A DNA stretch of 64,000 nt from an uncultured delta proteobacterium (GCA_963712115.1 CAVQGX010000033.1:32001-96000); one strand, 5' to 3'; counted from the first letter of the stretch, positions 18,716 through 30,780 are shown. Made by a program: numbers and translations. The notes: a model not told the origin generated them from the letters alone.

Positions 18716-19059
18716 ACCGTCACCTGTCCTTGGCCAGTGGGAGAGAGAGTTAGTAATCTTACTTTCGATCGTAACTTTTCAGAAAAACTTTTAAATATCA
18801 AATCCCGGTGAGTTCCGGGCGGCAAGGCGAGAAGGAAGTGATTAGTTCTCCTAAAAACTACTGTCATCGGATCGTCTCAGAATGAGGCCCCAGGGTAGAG
18901 ATGCTTCAGCGCACTTTCAGCACATTGGGCCCACTTTTAATTAAAACCTCATGCTCTGTCAAGTTTTTTTTAAACCATCGCGGTTAGTTAAACGGTTGCC
19001 GCGTGACTTACTTACTTCCGGCAACTATTTTGACATCACTCCTAGTCCCTTGATTCTTA

Positions 19060-19075
19060 AGCAAATTTTGCGCCA
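19060..19075 (-). promoter_or_regulatory. Sigma-54 -24/-12 promoter facing the M23-bactofilin operon
   Basis: TGGCGCAAAATTTGCT (GG-N10-GC), divergent from a sigma-54 activator gene. Confidence 0.55.
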
Positions 19076-19205
19076 AAAAATATGATCCCCTCTCTTTTGT
19101 TGAATAAGCAAAGTACAAAGTTCGAATAATCATCTATAATTATTGACGTAGCCTTCCTTTTGGTATACAAACAAATACACAACAAACTTCTAAGGAGGAT
19201 TTTCC

Positions 19206-20714
19206 ATGCAAAATCGGTCGGTCGATCCTCGAGTAAGTATACTCAAAGATATCTCTCCATTACTTACTTCAGTTCTTGATACCGATAGTGTTTTGGAAAT
19301 GATTATCGAATCGGTGACCAGGCTGATGGAAGCCAAAGCGAGTTCCCTGCTCTTAGTGGATAAGGGCACGAATAAACTTTATTTTCAGGTTGCAACTGGA
19401 GAAGCTAAAGAGGAAGTCAAGAAATTTGAGATCGACATGGGTCAGGGAATCGCCGGCCATGTGGCCTTAACCGGCAAACCACTTCTCATTCCTGACGTAT
19501 CCAAAGATCCCCTCTGGGACAGTACTATTAGCGAAGCCACCGGATTTGAAACCCGGTCCATTGCCTGCGTTCCCATCAAGAGCGGGCGAGAAGTTATCGG
19601 CGTGATCCAGATCATTGACAGGGAGGACGGCCAGCCAATCCATGAAGATGATATGGAAATTTTGAAACATTTCTCTGAGCTTTCTTCGGTAGCCATTGAG
19701 CGGGCTCGAAACTACAAGGACATAGTTAATGAGAACCTATATCTGAAAAAGGAGTTGGAGTCCCGGTATGAAATTATTGGTGTGAGCAAGGCCATAGAAA
19801 AAGTAATCTCCGATGCCGTCAAAGTTGCCAATTCTAAGACCACCACTTTGATCACCGGTGAAAGTGGCACAGGCAAAGAGCTTGTTGCTAGACTAATTCA
19901 CAAGATTGGGCCCAGACGCAAGAAAAAGCTCATGGTGGTCAATTGCGCCGCCTTTACCGACACTCTGCTGGAATCTGAACTGTTCGGGCACGAGAAGGGT
20001 TCATTTACTGGTGCCATCTCACGCAAAACCGGAGTCCTTGAAATTGCCGACGGCGGCACTCTCTTTCTGGACGAGGTTGCTGAAATGAGCCCCTCCATGC
20101 AGGTAAAACTGTTGAGGGTCATCCAAGAAGGCACCTTCAATCGAGTGGGCTCGCCCTCTCCCATGCAGGTAGATATCAGAGCCATTGCAGCCACCAACAA
20201 AAATCTCTTTGAGGAAGTACACAAAGGGCTATTCCGCGAGGATTTATATTACCGACTCAACGTGGTGCACATCCACATTCCCGCGCTGAGGGAGCGGAGG
20301 GACGACATCCTGGTTCTTGCCCAACACTTCCTAGATAAGTACAAGCACATCAGGGGACCGTCTAATATCAGTTTCAGCCCTGCTACCACCGAAGTGATGC
20401 AAAACTATCACTGGCCTGGTAATGTACGGGAACTGGAGAATGCCGTTGAGAGAGCCATAGTGATGGGTACCGGCGAGTTTATAGAGCCTGAAGATCTGCC
20501 CTTCAGTGTGGTACCATCAGGAGACACTGCACAAGAACTTCTGGGTTGCTCCCTGAAAGACGCACTCGATTCTTTCAAACGTGATTTCTTGCAGCGCAAC
20601 TTGGATCATCAGGGTGGTAGTGTCAAGGATACGGCAAAGGTTCTTGGCATTCAGCGCACCTATCTTTCCCGGCTGATTTCCAAATACGGTTTGACAACCA
20701 GGCGGGGTCGCTGA
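19206..20714 (+). CDS. GAF-AAA+-Fis sigma-54 enhancer-binding protein
   Basis: GAF domain, GESGTGKE, ESELFGHEKGSFTGA, LFLDEV, WPGNVRELEN, C-terminal HTH. Confidence 0.93.
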   Translation: MQNRSVDPRVSILKDISPLLTSVLDTDSVLEMIIESVTRLMEAKASSLLLVDKGTNKLYFQVATGEAKEEVKKFEIDMGQGIAGHVALTGKPLLIPDVSKDPLWDSTISEATGFETRSIACVPIKSGREVIGVIQIIDREDGQPIHEDDMEILKHFSELSSVAIERARNYKDIVNENLYLKKELESRYEIIGVSKAIEKVISDAVKVANSKTTTLITGESGTGKELVARLIHKIGPRRKKKLMVVNCAAFTDTLLESELFGHEKGSFTGAISRKTGVLEIADGGTLFLDEVAEMSPSMQVKLLRVIQEGTFNRVGSPSPMQVDIRAIAATNKNLFEEVHKGLFREDLYYRLNVVHIHIPALRERRDDILVLAQHFLDKYKHIRGPSNISFSPATTEVMQNYHWPGNVRELENAVERAIVMGTGEFIEPEDLPFSVVPSGDTAQELLGCSLKDALDSFKRDFLQRNLDHQGGSVKDTAKVLGIQRTYLSRLISKYGLTTRRGR

Positions 20715-20991
20715 TCGCCGAAGCTTAAGCTAATGTGGCGAAGGAGACTAGCGCTGAGCACCAAGAGTGGTGTCTTAGGAGTTAGGAGTTAGGAGTCAGG
20801 AGTCAGAATTCAAAATCAAACTGACAAAAGGCATAAAGCGTAAGGCCTTAAGCGCAGGGCTGAATTGAATCAGCCTAAACCTTGAGCCTTGCTCCCTGAG
20901 CCTTGCGCCATTACTATTTCAGTTATGCATTTCTCTAAACAACTGACAACGGACCACTGACCACCGACGGCACAGCAGGTTGGAGACCAAA

Positions 20992-21456
20992 ATGGCGGGC
21001 ATGATCAGAAAAGCTAAGGTAGACGAGGTCCGTGAAATTCAAAAAATGCTGGCCTCCCGCGCTGAGCGCGGCGACCTGCTGCCCCGCTCTTTAAGCGAAC
21101 TCTTTGACAACCTCCGGGACATATTTGTCTACCTGGATGACGACAAACCTGAAATCATCGGCACTTGCAGCATGCACATTTGCTGGGAAGATCTCGCCGA
21201 GATTCGCTCTCTGGTAGTAAGGGAGCCCTATCAGGGTCAAGGAATTGGTAAGAAACTAGTAGATGAATGCGTTTCTGAAGCCCTAACCTTGGGATTGAAC
21301 CGTATCTTCGTTCTTACATATCAGGTGGAGTTCTTTCATAAATTGGGATTCAGGGAAGTGGACAAGGCGACTCTGCCCCACAAGATTTGGGCAGACTGTC
21401 TCAAGTGCGTCAAATTTCCCGAGTGCGATGAAGTAGCGATGATTTATGAGATATAA
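20992..21456 (+). CDS. Short ArgA-like GNAT N-acetyltransferase (probable N-acetylglutamate synthase)
   Basis: LLPRSLSEL, WEDLAEIRSL, LPHKIWADCLKCVKFPECDE; near argJ. Confidence 0.8.
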   Translation: MAGMIRKAKVDEVREIQKMLASRAERGDLLPRSLSELFDNLRDIFVYLDDDKPEIIGTCSMHICWEDLAEIRSLVVREPYQGQGIGKKLVDECVSEALTLGLNRIFVLTYQVEFFHKLGFREVDKATLPHKIWADCLKCVKFPECDEVAMIYEI

Positions 21457-21549
21457 AGAATCGGTGTCAGGTTTCGGGTGTCAGGTGAGGAAAGATTGGT
21501 TGAAACCTGAACACTGAAACCTGAAACCTTCGAGGGTAGGGGATAACAC

Positions 21550-24393
21550 ATGGGTTTAATAACAAATCCATTAACTAAGATTTTTGGCAGCAAGAATGAA
21601 CGCGAACTGAAAAGAATAGCGCCACTGGTGGATCAAATCAACAGCCTGGAAGCAGAGATTAGGTCCCTAAGCGATGCGGAGCTGGCTGGCGCCACTCCAC
21701 GTTTTCGTGAAAGCTTGGATCGCGGGGCCACTCTTGATGAGCTCTTGCCGGAGGCGTTTGCCGTGGTCCGGGAGGCCTCGGTGCGCACTCTGGGGATGCG
21801 TCCTTTTGACGTCCAGTTAATCGGCGGAATCGTCCTCCACCAAGGCAAGATCTCCGAAATGAAAACCGGCGAAGGCAAGACTTTGGCCGCCACCATGCCG
21901 GTTTATCTAAATGGTCTAACAGGCCGCGGGGTCCACTTGGTGACGGTCAATGACTATCTTGCTCGCCGAGACGCCGAGTGGATGGGAGCCATCTATAAAT
22001 TCCTCGGCCTGAGCGTGGGGGTCATCCTCCATCATCTTAATGATCAAGAACGGCAACTTGCCTATGCTGCCGATGTAACCTACGGCACCAACAACGAATT
22101 CGGCTTCGACTATCTGCGGGACAACATGAAATTCCACCGCCGGGAATGCGTGCAGAGAGAACTACATTACGCCATCGTTGACGAGGTGGACAGCATCCTC
22201 ATAGACGAAGCTCGGACGCCGTTGATCATATCCGGGCCAGTGGAATATTCAATCAAAGACTACGAGAAGCTGCGCGGCCCGGTGTCCAGTCTGTTTCAGC
22301 GTCAACAGCAGTTGGCGGTCCAATATATCAGAGAGACTCAAAAACTCCTGGAGCAAGACCAGGAATACGAAGCCAGCGAGATGTTTCTGCACGCTAATCG
22401 AGCCGCCCCCAGGCATCCAAGCGTTATGGAGATGATGGAAGAGGGGAAGATGCGCAAGCTGCTAAAAAATGTAGAGCAGGATTACTCTCTGGCCAAACGT
22501 CTTCCCGAGGTCGATGAATCACTGCTCTACGTGGTGGAGGAAAGAGAGCGCAACGTCTATCCCACCGAGCGAGGCAAGGACATAATAGCCAAAAACGATC
22601 CGAAATTTTTTATGTTGCCCGAGTTAGAGATGGAACTGGAGAGGATCAATCAGGACACCTCCCTTGCCCCGGAAGAAAAAACGGAACAATCGCAGCGAAT
22701 TCGCAGCGAGTATGAGCAAAAGCTCACCCGCAACCACGTTATCAACCAGCTGCTCAAGGCCTATGCTCTCTTCGCCAAAGATGTGGATTATGTGGTCAAA
22801 GACGGGCAGATTATTATCGTGGATGAGTTTACCGGGCGCCTCATGCCCGGCCGTCGCTATAGCGATGGCTTGCATCAAGCATTGGAAGCCAAGGAAGGCG
22901 TGCGAGTCGAACAAGAAAACCAGACCCTGGCCACCATCACCTTTCAGAACTATTTTCGTATGTATGAAAAACTAGCAGGCATGACAGGTACTGCCGACAC
23001 TGAAGCTCCGGAGTTTGCCAAAATCTACGAACTAGATGTAGCACTAATTCCTACCAACAAAAAGATGATCAGGAGTGATAATTCTGATGTCATCTATAAG
23101 ACCGAACGGGAGAAGTTCCGGGCTGTTGTGCAGGAGATCAAGGAGTTGGCCCAGATGGAGCACCCGGTCTTGGTCGGCACCGTTTCAATTGAGAAATCTG
23201 AAAGACTCAGCAACATGCTAACCAAAGATGGCGTTAAACATTCTGTGCTAAATGCTAAGAATCATGAGAAGGAAGCAGAAATTGTAGCCAAAGCAGGCCA
23301 AAAGGGAGCAGTAACCATTTCAACCAACATGGCAGGTCGCGGCACTGACATTGTTCTTGGTTCTGGAGTGGTGGAAATGGGCGGCCTGCACATTATAGGT
23401 ACCGAGCGCCATGAAGCTCGCCGGATAGACAACCAGCTTCGAGGCCGAGCTGGCCGGCAGGGAGATCCGGGCTCTTCCCGCTTCTATCTATCCTTGGAAG
23501 ACGATCTCATGAGAATTTTTGCCGCCGACCGCATTGCCAATCTCATGGATCGAGTGGGCATGGAGGAAGATCAACCAATCGAACACTCTCTCATCAGCAG
23601 GGCAATAGAAAACGCCCAGAAAAAAGTGGAAGCTCAGAACTTCAATATCCGCAAGCAGCTTATCGAATATGACGATGTTATGAACCAGCAGCGAGAGATA
23701 ATTTACCAACAAAGAAGACAAGCTTTGGAAGAAGAAAATTTGCAGCCAGTGGTCCTGGACATGATTGAAGATATTGTGGATGACCTGGTGGAATCTCACA
23801 CAGGGGAGGAAACTCCTCCGGAGGAGTGGGACCTCCGAGGACTGGAGGAAGCTTTTCTTAAGCAGTTCTCCCTGCCGCTGACTCTCAGTGACAAAGTGGT
23901 TGAAGATCTCACCCAAGAGGGTATCCGTGAATTTCTTCTGGAAAAAGCCCGAAATGGTTATTTTCAGAAGGAGAAGGAATGGGGCCCAGAAATCACTCGA
24001 GACATGGAGCGGTTAATAACCTTGCAGACAGTGGATCAGCGTTGGCGTGAGCACCTACTGGCCATGGATCATCTCAAGGAAGGGATCGGTCTCCGCGGGT
24101 ATGCCCAACAAAACCCCCTCATCGAGTACAAGCGTGAAGGACTCGATATGTTTCAGGAGATGATAGAGAGGATCAAAGGTGAGACCATTCAGATGCTTTT
24201 TAGAATTCAAGTGGCCACCCAAGAAGAAACCGAGCAACTGGAAGAGGCCCATCAACAGCCAATGTTCTTTAGTCACGGAGATGCAGCTGCTGGCTCGAAA
24301 AGAAAGCCAGTAAAAAAAGCTGCCAAGATAGGCCGCAACCAGCCTTGTCCCTGTGGCAGCGGCAAAAAATACAAAAAATGTTGTGGGAGATAG
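21550..24393 (+). CDS. secA: Preprotein translocase ATPase SecA
   Basis: [58 protein letters not shown]. Confidence 0.98.
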   Translation: MGLITNPLTKIFGSKNERELKRIAPLVDQINSLEAEIRSLSDAELAGATPRFRESLDRGATLDELLPEAFAVVREASVRTLGMRPFDVQLIGGIVLHQGKISEMKTGEGKTLAATMPVYLNGLTGRGVHLVTVNDYLARRDAEWMGAIYKFLGLSVGVILHHLNDQERQLAYAADVTYGTNNEFGFDYLRDNMKFHRRECVQRELHYAIVDEVDSILIDEARTPLIISGPVEYSIKDYEKLRGPVSSLFQRQQQLAVQYIRETQKLLEQDQEYEASEMFLHANRAAPRHPSVMEMMEEGKMRKLLKNVEQDYSLAKRLPEVDESLLYVVEERERNVYPTERGKDIIAKNDPKFFMLPELEMELERINQDTSLAPEEKTEQSQRIRSEYEQKLTRNHVINQLLKAYALFAKDVDYVVKDGQIIIVDEFTGRLMPGRRYSDGLHQALEAKEGVRVEQENQTLATITFQNYFRMYEKLAGMTGTADTEAPEFAKIYELDVALIPTNKKMIRSDNSDVIYKTEREKFRAVVQEIKELAQMEHPVLVGTVSIEKSERLSNMLTKDGVKHSVLNAKNHEKEAEIVAKAGQKGAVTISTNMAGRGTDIVLGSGVVEMGGLHIIGTERHEARRIDNQLRGRAGRQGDPGSSRFYLSLEDDLMRIFAADRIANLMDRVGMEEDQPIEHSLISRAIENAQKKVEAQNFNIRKQLIEYDDVMNQQREIIYQQRRQALEEENLQPVVLDMIEDIVDDLVESHTGEETPPEEWDLRGLEEAFLKQFSLPLTLSDKVVEDLTQEGIREFLLEKARNGYFQKEKEWGPEITRDMERLITLQTVDQRWREHLLAMDHLKEGIGLRGYAQQNPLIEYKREGLDMFQEMIERIKGETIQMLFRIQVATQEETEQLEEAHQQPMFFSHGDAAAGSKRKPVKKAAKIGRNQPCPCGSGKKYKKCCGR

Positions 24394-24587
24394 GCGCTTG
24401 GAGCAAGCTGCAACGAGACGTGAAGTCGGGCGAGACGCGAGGTCGAGAATTAAAGGTATTTGATAATTTTGTCTTTCCCCGTCTCGCTAGTCTCACCAGT
24501 CTCGCTCGTCTCTTGAGAAGAGACTTTACCGGCTTAACCCTTTGGCGAGCTAACACATTAACCCCTTTCACAAATGATTACTGACCA

Positions 24588-25805
24588 ATGACCAATGACC
24601 AAATACCTGTTGCAGAGCAGTACCGCGTTCCCGGATTCAAGGCAGGCGCCGTAGCCGCCGGAATTCGTTATCAGGGCCGTCCGGACCTCGCCCTTATAAT
24701 TAGTGAAGTTACCGCTGCTGCAGCCGGGGTTTTCACCACCAACAAAGTTCAAGCAGCGCCAGTCCTGCTCAGCCGCTCACATTTGACTGGCAACAGGGCC
24801 AGAGCCATTGTGGTCAACAGCGGCATCGCCAACGCCTGTACCGGTGAGGTTGGCTTGCAGCGTGCCCAGGCCACGGCTCATATGGTTGCTGAAGCCATTG
24901 GCTGCCCCATCCATGAAGTTCTGGTAGCTTCAACTGGGGTAATCGGAATGGATCTTCCCCTTGAGCCGGTGGCCAATTATCTGCCCAAGTTAGTCTCTGC
25001 TGTGCACGTTGACGGCTGGTTTGATGCGGCTCGGGCAATCATGACCACAGATACGGTGCCAAAAATCCATATGGTGAAGGACCTGCTGCAGGATCGCCCT
25101 TTCACTGTGCTTGGCATCGCCAAAGGCGCGGGCATGATCTACCCGGACATGGCAACCTTACTCTCATTTGTGGCTACCGATGCAGCCATCTCCCCGGAAG
25201 CGCTTCAAGCACTGGTGCGACAAGAGACAGACCGGTCCTTTAACCGGATTACTGTGGACGGAGATACCAGCACCAATGACACCCTTTTTGTACTCGCCAA
25301 CGGCCTTGCGGGTAACCGACCTATAAGAAACCTGGACTCTTCTGATGGTGAACGTCTACGCTGGGCCTTAGGAGAGGTTCTTGTCAATCTGGCAAAAATG
25401 ATTGTGGCGGACGGAGAAGGTGCTACCAAGTTCGTAGAAATAACAGTGAAAGGTGGCTCAAGCAAAGCTGCAGCGCTGATTGCAGCCCGTACCGTCTCCA
25501 ACTCACCCCTGGTAAAAACTGCTCTTTTCGGCGAGGACGCAAATTGGGGCCGAATCCTGGCAGCTTTGGGGCGGGCGGGCATCGACTTTGACCCCCTGCG
25601 GGTACAGCTGTTTTTTAATGGGGTTAAGCTTGTTGAGAATGGTCTCGCCGTTGGACAAGAAGCGGAGGCTCAAGTTAGTGACATCCTAAAGAAATCGTCA
25701 TTTTCTATTACCATTGATCTTGGTCAGGGAAAGGCTGAGGAAACTGTCTACACCTGCGATCTCAGCCTCGATTACGTCAAGATCAACGCCAACTATCGCA
25801 GTTGA
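24588..25805 (+). CDS. argJ: Ornithine acetyltransferase
   Basis: KGAGMIYPDMATLL, TVDGDTSTND, DGEGATK, INANYRS. Confidence 0.97.
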   Translation: MTNDQIPVAEQYRVPGFKAGAVAAGIRYQGRPDLALIISEVTAAAAGVFTTNKVQAAPVLLSRSHLTGNRARAIVVNSGIANACTGEVGLQRAQATAHMVAEAIGCPIHEVLVASTGVIGMDLPLEPVANYLPKLVSAVHVDGWFDAARAIMTTDTVPKIHMVKDLLQDRPFTVLGIAKGAGMIYPDMATLLSFVATDAAISPEALQALVRQETDRSFNRITVDGDTSTNDTLFVLANGLAGNRPIRNLDSSDGERLRWALGEVLVNLAKMIVADGEGATKFVEITVKGGSSKAAALIAARTVSNSPLVKTALFGEDANWGRILAALGRAGIDFDPLRVQLFFNGVKLVENGLAVGQEAEAQVSDILKKSSFSITIDLGQGKAEETVYTCDLSLDYVKINANYRS

Positions 25806-25887
25806 ACCAGCCATCAGCTTTCAGCTGTCAGCTATCAGCAAAAAGAAGCTGACGGCTGATCGCTGAATACTGACAGCTTTAATTGCC

Positions 25888-26592
25888 ATGATGATCGCCT
25901 GCCACCACCCGAATTTCATGCCTTGGCCCGGAATATTCTTTAAGGCAATGCAAGCAAGTCAAATGGTGCTCCTCGATGATGTCCAATTTCCCCTTGGTGG
26001 AAGCTGGGTAAACCGAAACCGGTTCAAAAACGACCAGGGAGAATTATGGCTGACCGTACCGGTTTGGAAAAGGGGTCGGAGTCTCCAACGGATAGATCAG
26101 GTTGAAATCTGTGACGAAGAAGACTGGCAGAAAAAGCACCTGCTGAGTCTCGTCCATGCATACAATCACGCCCCCTATTGGGATGAACACCGCGCGTTCT
26201 GTCAAGGAATATACCAAAATCCTTGGCACGGACTCCTGGAGCTAAACCTTGACATCTTGGATTATCTGCGGATTGCCTTGTCCATCGGGCAGCCTTTTCT
26301 CCGCAACTCTTCCCTGGCCATTGAGTCCAAAGGTTCTCAAAGACTGGTGGATATCTGTAAGGCTTTGGGAGCCAGCAAGTATTTGACCATAGCTTCTTCA
26401 AATAAATACCTGGACGAGGACCTCTTCCAAAAGTCAGGGATCCAGTTGGTCTACTATAAGTATGAACCCCCTGTCTATCCTCAACTCTGGGGTGATTTTA
26501 TTGCCAATCTCTCTGTTTTGGACCTTCTCCTCATCTGTGGGCCAAAAAGCGCCGGACTGATCCAGCAAGCCGGCTGGCTCCTCAGTTCGTGA
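25888..26592 (+). CDS. WbqC-family protein
   Basis: HHPNFMPWPG, LDDVQF, WVNRN, WLTVPV, NLSVLDLL. Confidence 0.85.
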   Translation: MMIACHHPNFMPWPGIFFKAMQASQMVLLDDVQFPLGGSWVNRNRFKNDQGELWLTVPVWKRGRSLQRIDQVEICDEEDWQKKHLLSLVHAYNHAPYWDEHRAFCQGIYQNPWHGLLELNLDILDYLRIALSIGQPFLRNSSLAIESKGSQRLVDICKALGASKYLTIASSNKYLDEDLFQKSGIQLVYYKYEPPVYPQLWGDFIANLSVLDLLLICGPKSAGLIQQAGWLLSS

Positions 26593-26820
26593 GCTCCTGG
26601 CTGTAAGCCAGAAGCAAGCTTGCAGCTGCCAGCAGATACGGGCTGTTGCGGTGGCATGCAGCAATGATTCTATAGACAGGATATTTTTTTCCTGCTAGCT
26701 GCCAGTTGCCCGCTGAAAGTCTCGTCTCTCTTTTCTCCTTGAAAGTTAACATTAAGTGTGATAGTTAATACCGGTTTAGCTAAAGGCGCGAGCCGACTCG
26801 CTTCGCGCGGTTTTTAAGAA

Positions 26821-26898
26821 CACACATCCCCTGGATCCTTTGGTGCCCCAGCGGTTGGGGTGGCTGTCAGGTATTTCAAGGGGGATGGAGGAAAAACC
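26821..26898 (+). ncRNA. rpsB leader (t44-like S2 autoregulatory element)
   Basis: CACACAUCCCCU..GGUGCCCC..GGGG..AGGGGAUGGAGGAAAAACC layout directly 5' of rpsB, resembling E. coli t44. Confidence 0.75.
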
Positions 26899-26912
26899 AG
26901 AGGGAGGAAAAC

Positions 26913-27734
26913 ATGCCTATTATCACCATGAAGCAACTTCTTGAATCGGGTGTTCATTTTGGACACCAAACCCGCCGCTGGAATCCGAAAATGAGACCTT
27001 ACATTTTCGGAGCGCGCAACGGAATCTACATCATCGATCTGCAAAAGACCGTTCGGATGTTCAACACTGCCTATCAGTTCCTTGTTGATACGGTTGCAGG
27101 TGGAGATTCGGTGTTATTTGTTGGCACCAAGAAACAGGCTGTAGATTCCATCGTGGAAGAATCCGAGCGTTGCGGCATGTTTAGGGTTACCCACCGCTGG
27201 CTGGGCGGAATGCTTACCAACTTCCAGACCATCAAGAATAGCATAGATCGGCTAAAGCAACTTAAAGCCATGAAAGAAGATGGCAGCATCAGCAAGTTCC
27301 CCAAAAAGGAGATTCTCCAGATGGAACGGGAGATGATGAAACTGGATAGGAACTTGGGGGGCATTGAAGACATGGAGCGTCTGCCAGGGGCGGTGTTTGT
27401 AGTGGACCCACGGCGTGAAAACATTGCGGTAGCCGAAGCAAACAAGTTGCGCATACCGATCGTCGCGATTGTGGACAGCAATTGCGACCCAGATCCCATA
27501 GATTATGTCATTCCCGGCAACGATGACGCTATCCGCTCCATCCGTCTCTTTTCTGCCAAAATCGCCGATGCATGTCTTGAGGGTAAACAAAGAAGAGAAG
27601 AGCAACTTCAGGCCTCCATGGATAAAGCGGTTAATGACATCGAAGTGGAGACTGCACCAATCGGCAGTGCTATTGCAGCTGAAGAAGGAGGACCGGAAAT
27701 AGAGATTATCAATCCTGTGGAAGAGGCAGAATGA
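26913..27734 (+). CDS. rpsB: 30S ribosomal protein S2
   Basis: [37 protein letters not shown]. Confidence 0.99.
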   Translation: MPIITMKQLLESGVHFGHQTRRWNPKMRPYIFGARNGIYIIDLQKTVRMFNTAYQFLVDTVAGGDSVLFVGTKKQAVDSIVEESERCGMFRVTHRWLGGMLTNFQTIKNSIDRLKQLKAMKEDGSISKFPKKEILQMEREMMKLDRNLGGIEDMERLPGAVFVVDPRRENIAVAEANKLRIPIVAIVDSNCDPDPIDYVIPGNDDAIRSIRLFSAKIADACLEGKQRREEQLQASMDKAVNDIEVETAPIGSAIAAEEGGPEIEIINPVEEAE

Positions 27735-27756
27735 GTGAGTTCGAAGGAGGAGAAAA

Positions 27757-28362
27757 TTGCAAATCACCTCAGCAATGGTAAAGAAACTGCGAGATAAAAC
27801 GAACGCTGGAATTATGGACTGCAAGGCGGCCCTCCAGGAATCCCAGGGTGATATGGAAAAGGCGGTGGATTACCTCAGACAAAAAGGTCTGGCTGTCGCT
27901 CAAAAAAGGGCCGGGCGGACCGCCAGTGAAGGTCTGGTCCACTCATACATTCACGCTGGAGGCAAAATTGGGGTCATGGTGGAAGTAAACTGTGAGACTG
28001 ACTTTACTGCGCGAAGTGAGGCATTTTTGGACTTTACAAAAAACCTCGCTATGCACATCGCCGCAACCAACCCCCTGTCGATTGACCGCGAAGGCCTCAC
28101 CCCTGAGGTTGTAACCCGTGAGCAGGAAATCTACCGAGCTCAGGCACTTGATTCGGGCAAACCGGAGAAAATCCTAGACAAAATTGTCGAAGGTAAACTC
28201 AATAAATTCTACCAGGAAGTTTGTCTTTTAGAACAACCATACGTGCGCGACACAGACATCACAGTAGAGGACCTACTCAATGAGCTTCGGGCCAAGACCG
28301 GTGAGAACGTAATAGTGAGCCGCTTTGTCCGATACCAACTGGGTGAGGACTTGACGGGATAG
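27757..28362 (+). CDS. tsf: Elongation factor Ts (short form)
   Basis: VKKLRDKTNAGIMDCK, EVNCETDF. Confidence 0.98.
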   Translation: MQITSAMVKKLRDKTNAGIMDCKAALQESQGDMEKAVDYLRQKGLAVAQKRAGRTASEGLVHSYIHAGGKIGVMVEVNCETDFTARSEAFLDFTKNLAMHIAATNPLSIDREGLTPEVVTREQEIYRAQALDSGKPEKILDKIVEGKLNKFYQEVCLLEQPYVRDTDITVEDLLNELRAKTGENVIVSRFVRYQLGEDLTG

Positions 28363-28369
28363 CACTCGA

Positions 28370-28503
28370 AACACTAGGCACCAGGCAGTAAGCACTATGC
28401 ACCCAGACTAGCTTGAATCATAGTTGGTCTTGGACAGTTTAATCAATAAATACTCTCTTTACATCTTAAGCGGTGCCTAGTTCCTAGTGCTTAGTGCCTA
28501 GTA
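28370..28503. repeat. CACTAGG/CCTAGTG heptamer inverted repeat; related copy ~42716-42787
   Basis: cactaggcaccaggcagtaagcact ... ggtgcctagttcctagtgcttagtgcctagt. Confidence 0.7.
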
Positions 28504-28567
28504 GACCGGAGTAGATTCGATAGAGGGCGAAGGGCAAGAAAAAACTAAACGAAACCGACAAAACGCT

Positions 28568-29296
28568 ATGTCTGAGGTTAAATACAAGCGGATACTTCTC
28601 AAAATCAGCGGTGAGGCTCTAATGGGAGATGCCCCTTTCGGCATCATGCCCGAGGTTATAGCCAAGGTTGCCGAGGACATCTTTGCAGTAGACCGCTTGG
28701 GGGTTGAAGTCGCTGTGGTAATCGGCGGCGGCAACATCTTTCGCGGCGTGTCTGCTGCTTCCTTCGGTATGGACCGGGCCTCTGCTGACTACATGGGTAT
28801 GCTGGCCACCGTCATCAATGCTTTGGCCCTGCAAGACGCCCTGGAGAGATTGGGAGCACAGACAAGGTTGCAATCTGCCATTACCATGCGAGAGGTGGCA
28901 GAGCCCTACATTCGTCGTAGAGCAATTCGCCACTTGGAGAAGGGTCGTATAGTAATCTTTGCTGCGGGAACCGGTAATCCTTACTTCACTACGGATACCG
29001 CTGCCGCATTGCGCGCCATGGAGATTCAGGCCGATGTTCTCCTCAAAGCCACTAGAGTTGACGGCGTTTACCCCGCTGATCCGGAGACGACACCAGGTAT
29101 TGAAAAAATAGATAGTCTCACTTATCTGGAAGTCTTACAAAGACAACTCAAAGTAATGGATGCCACCGCGATTTCTTTGGCTATGGACAATGATATGCCC
29201 GTAATCGTCTTCAACCTCACAAAACCGGGTTACATGAAAAGGGTTGTCATGGGTGAACCGGTAGGTACCATTGTGAAGGGAGAGGATAATGGTTGA
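28568..29296 (+). CDS. pyrH: UMP kinase
   Basis: [27 protein letters not shown]. Confidence 0.98.
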   Translation: MSEVKYKRILLKISGEALMGDAPFGIMPEVIAKVAEDIFAVDRLGVEVAVVIGGGNIFRGVSAASFGMDRASADYMGMLATVINALALQDALERLGAQTRLQSAITMREVAEPYIRRRAIRHLEKGRIVIFAAGTGNPYFTTDTAAALRAMEIQADVLLKATRVDGVYPADPETTPGIEKIDSLTYLEVLQRQLKVMDATAISLAMDNDMPVIVFNLTKPGYMKRVVMGEPVGTIVKGEDNG

Positions 29297-29846
29297 AGAG
29301 ATATTCGAAGACTTGAATGAACGGATGGGAAAGTCCATAGAGACTCTCAAACGAGAATACAGCCGGTTGCGCACCGGCAGGGCTTCTATTTCTCTACTGG
29401 ACGGGATTAGGGTCTCTTATTACGACACCCTAACCCCCCTGAACCAGATGGCCTCACTAGCGGTTCCTGAACCTCGCCTCATAGTCATTCAACCATGGGA
29501 CAAGACTGCAATCGGCGACATCGAAAAGGCAATCTTGAAATCAGAGCTAGGTCTCACCCCAATGAACGATGGCAAAGTAATTCGCATCGCCATCCCTTCT
29601 CTAACCGAGGAACGGAGGAAAGAGCTGGTAAAAGTTGCCCGGAAAATGGCTGAAGACAACAAGGTCGCCATCAGAAACATTCGCCGCGATGCCAACGACA
29701 TGCTAAAGGATCTCAAAACGGAAAAGGAGATTACCGAAGACGATCTATACCGCTCGCAGGATGAAGTTCAGAAAATAACCGACGACTTTATTTCTCAGGT
29801 GGACGAATTGTGTACGGTCAAAGAAAAAGAAATACTCGAAATTTAA
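29289..29846 (+). CDS. frr: Ribosome recycling factor
   Basis: [25 protein letters not shown]. Confidence 0.98.
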   Translation: MVEEIFEDLNERMGKSIETLKREYSRLRTGRASISLLDGIRVSYYDTLTPLNQMASLAVPEPRLIVIQPWDKTAIGDIEKAILKSELGLTPMNDGKVIRIAIPSLTEERRKELVKVARKMAEDNKVAIRNIRRDANDMLKDLKTEKEITEDDLYRSQDEVQKITDDFISQVDELCTVKEKEILEI

Positions 29847-29897
29847 ACTGGGATTAAATTCTCTTCCCGTCGGTCCACTGACAGGAATAGATGAATA

Positions 29898-30692
29898 ATG
29901 GTTACTATTCCTAATCTGTCAAAAAAAAATACAATTCCCGACCAAGCCGCCTCGGAAAGGGTCACACTTGCAAACCTACCCCGGCACCTGGCCATCATTA
30001 TGGATGGCAATGGTCGTTGGGCCAAGGAGCGCAATCTCAGCCGTATTGAGGGTCATCGTGCCGGAGCTGAGTCAGTGCGAGTCATAGTTCGATCCTGCCG
30101 TAAAATTGGCATCCCAGTCCTCACCCTCTATGCTTTCTCCAAAGAAAACTGGCAGCGCCCCTCTCGTGAGGTTCAGGCCCTTTGGCGCCTTTTAAGCAGA
30201 TATCTCAAATCCGAACTCGGAGAGATGATGGAGAACTCCATCCGACTCAATGCCATAGGGGACATCCAAGAATTGCCGAAAAGCGTTCACCGTCTTCTAG
30301 TTGACACTATGGAGCAAACCAGGACAAACCGCGATATGGTCCTTAATCTAGCTCTCAGTTACGGCGGTCGAAGCGAGATAGTCAGAGCTGCGCAGAAGTT
30401 GGCGGCCGCCTGCGTGGAAAAGGAGCTGAAACCTGCGGAAATAGATGAAGCGATATTTTCTAAGAATCTCTATACGGCAGACATGCCAGATCCGGACCTC
30501 CTCATTCGCACCAGCGGTGAGCAACGGATAAGCAACTTTCTCCTCTGGCAAATGGCCTATACCGAGCTTTATGTCAGTCCCCTATACTGGCCCGACTTCC
30601 GTGAGCCAGAACTAATGGAGGCACTCGCCGACTATCAGCGGCGCGAAAGAAGATTTGGTAAAACTGGAGAACAAAAAGGAAAGGAGGCGTAG
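29898..30692 (+). CDS. uppS: Undecaprenyl diphosphate synthase
   Basis: IIMDGNGRWA, YAFSKENW, IRTSGEQRISNF. Confidence 0.97.
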   Translation: MVTIPNLSKKNTIPDQAASERVTLANLPRHLAIIMDGNGRWAKERNLSRIEGHRAGAESVRVIVRSCRKIGIPVLTLYAFSKENWQRPSREVQALWRLLSRYLKSELGEMMENSIRLNAIGDIQELPKSVHRLLVDTMEQTRTNRDMVLNLALSYGGRSEIVRAAQKLAAACVEKELKPAEIDEAIFSKNLYTADMPDPDLLIRTSGEQRISNFLLWQMAYTELYVSPLYWPDFREPELMEALADYQRRERRFGKTGEQKGKEA

Positions 30693-30780
30693 GAGCTTTC
30701 AATTGATGGCAGCACCCGCCCTTCTTCAGCAGCAGGAGTGCAGATTTGGTAATATTCTGGAGCAATGGAGATATAGCAGC

